64,000 nucleotides of DNA. Source: Blepharisma stoltei ATCC 30299. Its lineage: Eukaryota; Protista; Ciliophora. The stretch is from positions 248,001-312,000 of the forward strand of contig CBFDEM010000054.1 of assembly GCA_965603825.1 (NCBI GenBank), written 5' to 3'. Each line of letters opens with the position of its first letter. Position 1 is the stretch's first letter. Below the pieces are notes generated by a model. The model saw only the letters and a program-made list of their open reading frames with translations. It did no database searches and was not told the DNA's origin. Made by a program: the position numbers and the translations under genes. Shown here piece by piece: positions 62,137 to 64,000 of this stretch.

Positions 62137-63708
62137 ATGATAATTGATCAACAAGCCAAAACGTTTTCACTAGTTTTGAAATTAGCTTTCACAATTTCGA
62201 TTCTTTCTTTCTTTTTTGGACTCGCACTCTCATTAGCAAGTATTTTATCCCCTGAATTCGTCTCCTTCGTCTACAAAGGTCAATCATATGAATATAACTT
62301 TTTTGAATGCACCAGCTGCCCATCAGAATACGACGGAACAACTTATTCCTGCTTAAAGCACAACGCCTGCAAATCATCAGAAACTGATCTCTGCAGTAAA
62401 GCCAAAAACCTACAAAGCGGACATGTGGTAATATTAGCATTTGAGATAACTACCACAATTTTGATTGTTTTACTGTTAGAAAGACTGATTTTTATCTTAT
62501 TCAGAAAAGGGTTTGGAAAAACAAAGTTTCTTTATTTTTTAGCAATTTCGATTGGAATTCTGCGACTCGTTGAGTTCGTGACGTATGCTGGGCTAACTTC
62601 TGTTGGGTTCGCTTCAGATTGTGACAACACAGAAAACATATGCAGCGAAAATGGGCTAAAGCTACTGCTAGCTTCCTTTCTCGCTAGTAGCTCTGGCTCA
62701 ATTCTTGTACTTATTTTGCTGAAATTGAAAAGTCTAAAGCTAGAGGAAAATAAAGAACTTGATGGAACTGAGTATTACAGACCTTGGTTTTATGGAAAAA
62801 TTTTGCCTGTGATGCTGATTGGAGCTGGCTTCTTAGGAGCCAGCTTAGGGTGAAGCTGATTCTTTTACTATAACATTGAAAAGCAATACGGGACACTAAC
62901 TTATATGAAGGATCAAGATGGCTGGGAAAATAAAGATTTCACCTGCATAACTGGCCCAGCATGTGGAAGCAGCACTCACTATGCTTCTGAAGAGCGCCTA
63001 TGTACCGCAATCACCCGTGCAAAAAATGCAGGGTATATTTATTCGTGGCTTATCTACATCTCTTTTATGTGTTTCTGTCTTTGGATGGAAAATTTAGCAT
63101 ATATAGTTTTAAGGAAGCAGTTTGGGTTTTCTGAAACAAATTTCCTTTGGCCTCCTTTGTGTGTGCTATTTGGCTTGATAGCTATTCTTAACTGGTTCAG
63201 CATATCTGAAGCCTCTTATAATGGTTCTTGCAAAGTTGAAGCTGGTGACGAAAATATTTCGTTCTGTGTCGACCAAGGCGCAACTTTTAGTATGATAAGT
63301 ACAATGTGCTTGTTTTTGGCTGGGATTTTATATTGTGTTATCTATTGCCAAATGAAATCTGATAAAGCAGCAGCAAGACAGATATTCCCAAGAGGATCTT
63401 TATCTATGAATAAAAAAGTATTAGATGGGTCACCAAACTGTGGGAAAACATTAGACGAAAGCCATGATGATTTCAGAAATTCAACATTTTACGATGAGAG
63501 TCCTACAAAACTGGAAAGACCAAGCACAACAGATACAGTTGAAACTGAAGGGACAGCAGCAATCATTGTACAAGAACTAGATAATGTGACAAGGGAGAGT
63601 ACACCTTTGTCATCCAGAAACAACGCTGACGGAATTGTGAAGCCTCGTCATAACAGAAAAGCTTATAATTCTTATAAAGGAAGCTTTGACGGGCACGAAA
63701 AGAACTAA
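62137..63708 (+). CDS. membrane protein with two tandem claudin/amastin-like 4-TM modules
   Basis: Joined via TGA; each half has TM1, a Cys-rich loop (C..AC...LC), TM2-3, a C...C loop and TM4. Confidence 0.72.
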
Positions 63709-63752
63709 AAATAATTTTAAATATTTTCTGCTTAAATTGCTTATTTTATAAA

Positions 63753-64000
63753 TTAAATAATTGCGATGGGTCCAGGAATACAGATTTTTTGCAAGGAGCA
63801 GTCTCTTAGTCATTCTGGCGATACTTTTCTTACGTTTAGAGGATGCTTTTTCATATCTCTTGTTATAATATGGGTGACTCTTGGGAGAAATTTATTAACA
63901 TATGTCCCTCCTCCTATGATAATCAATTCTTTTAAATCCCTTTCTTCTTCGGGGTCGATCCCGTCAACCCAAAATACACATTTTCCTAAATAATATTCTT
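63753..64000 (-). CDS. 3' end of a BRCT-domain protein (partial, starts beyond window)
   Basis: LGKCVFWVDG...LIIIGGGT...VTHII...VSPEW(TGA)LRDC BRCT signature; TAA 63753-63755. Confidence 0.85.

Noticed and set aside
63766-63993. Plus-strand 75-aa ORF
   Set aside because: Antisense to a clear BRCT coding frame on the minus strand.
1-64000. Prokaryotic or Mycoplasma/mitochondrial (code 4) origin, operons, CRISPR arrays
   Set aside because: Spliceosomal introns and eukaryote-specific genes (SNARE, NF-YB, NEK, PP2A); no repeat-spacer array seen.

Overview
AT-rich, gene-dense eukaryotic DNA that behaves like the somatic (macronuclear) genome of a heterotrich ciliate, most likely Blepharisma. TGA sits in frame at conserved Trp positions throughout, every confidently resolved gene ends in TAA or TAG, and genes carry 15-nt GT-AG introns with an invariant A at position 10. 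The supplied ORF track (standard code, no splicing) therefore fragments most genes. Re-reading with UGA=Trp and 15-nt introns gives about 39 genes. These include GGH, a FAB1-like kinase, three Zn-finger/coiled-coil/Kelch paralogs (two in a 1.72-kb tandem duplication) around an intact DD34E (IS630/Tc1-family) transposase with no visible TIRs, SURF1, MOK, VAMP7, MFI-like, RBM25-like, Abraxas-like, FAF2-like, NEK, two GH38 mannosidases, START, GPKOW-like, a WD40-TRP-like channel, PP2A-A (frameshifted at AAA-TAA), an Aurora-like kinase, a Cys-less UBC12-like E2, NF-YB, a multi-CEP164-module protein, cathepsin D, a pseudo-histidine kinase, PDI and others. No rRNA, tRNA, CRISPR or telomere array was seen. 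All family calls come from motif recognition by eye; no searches were run.
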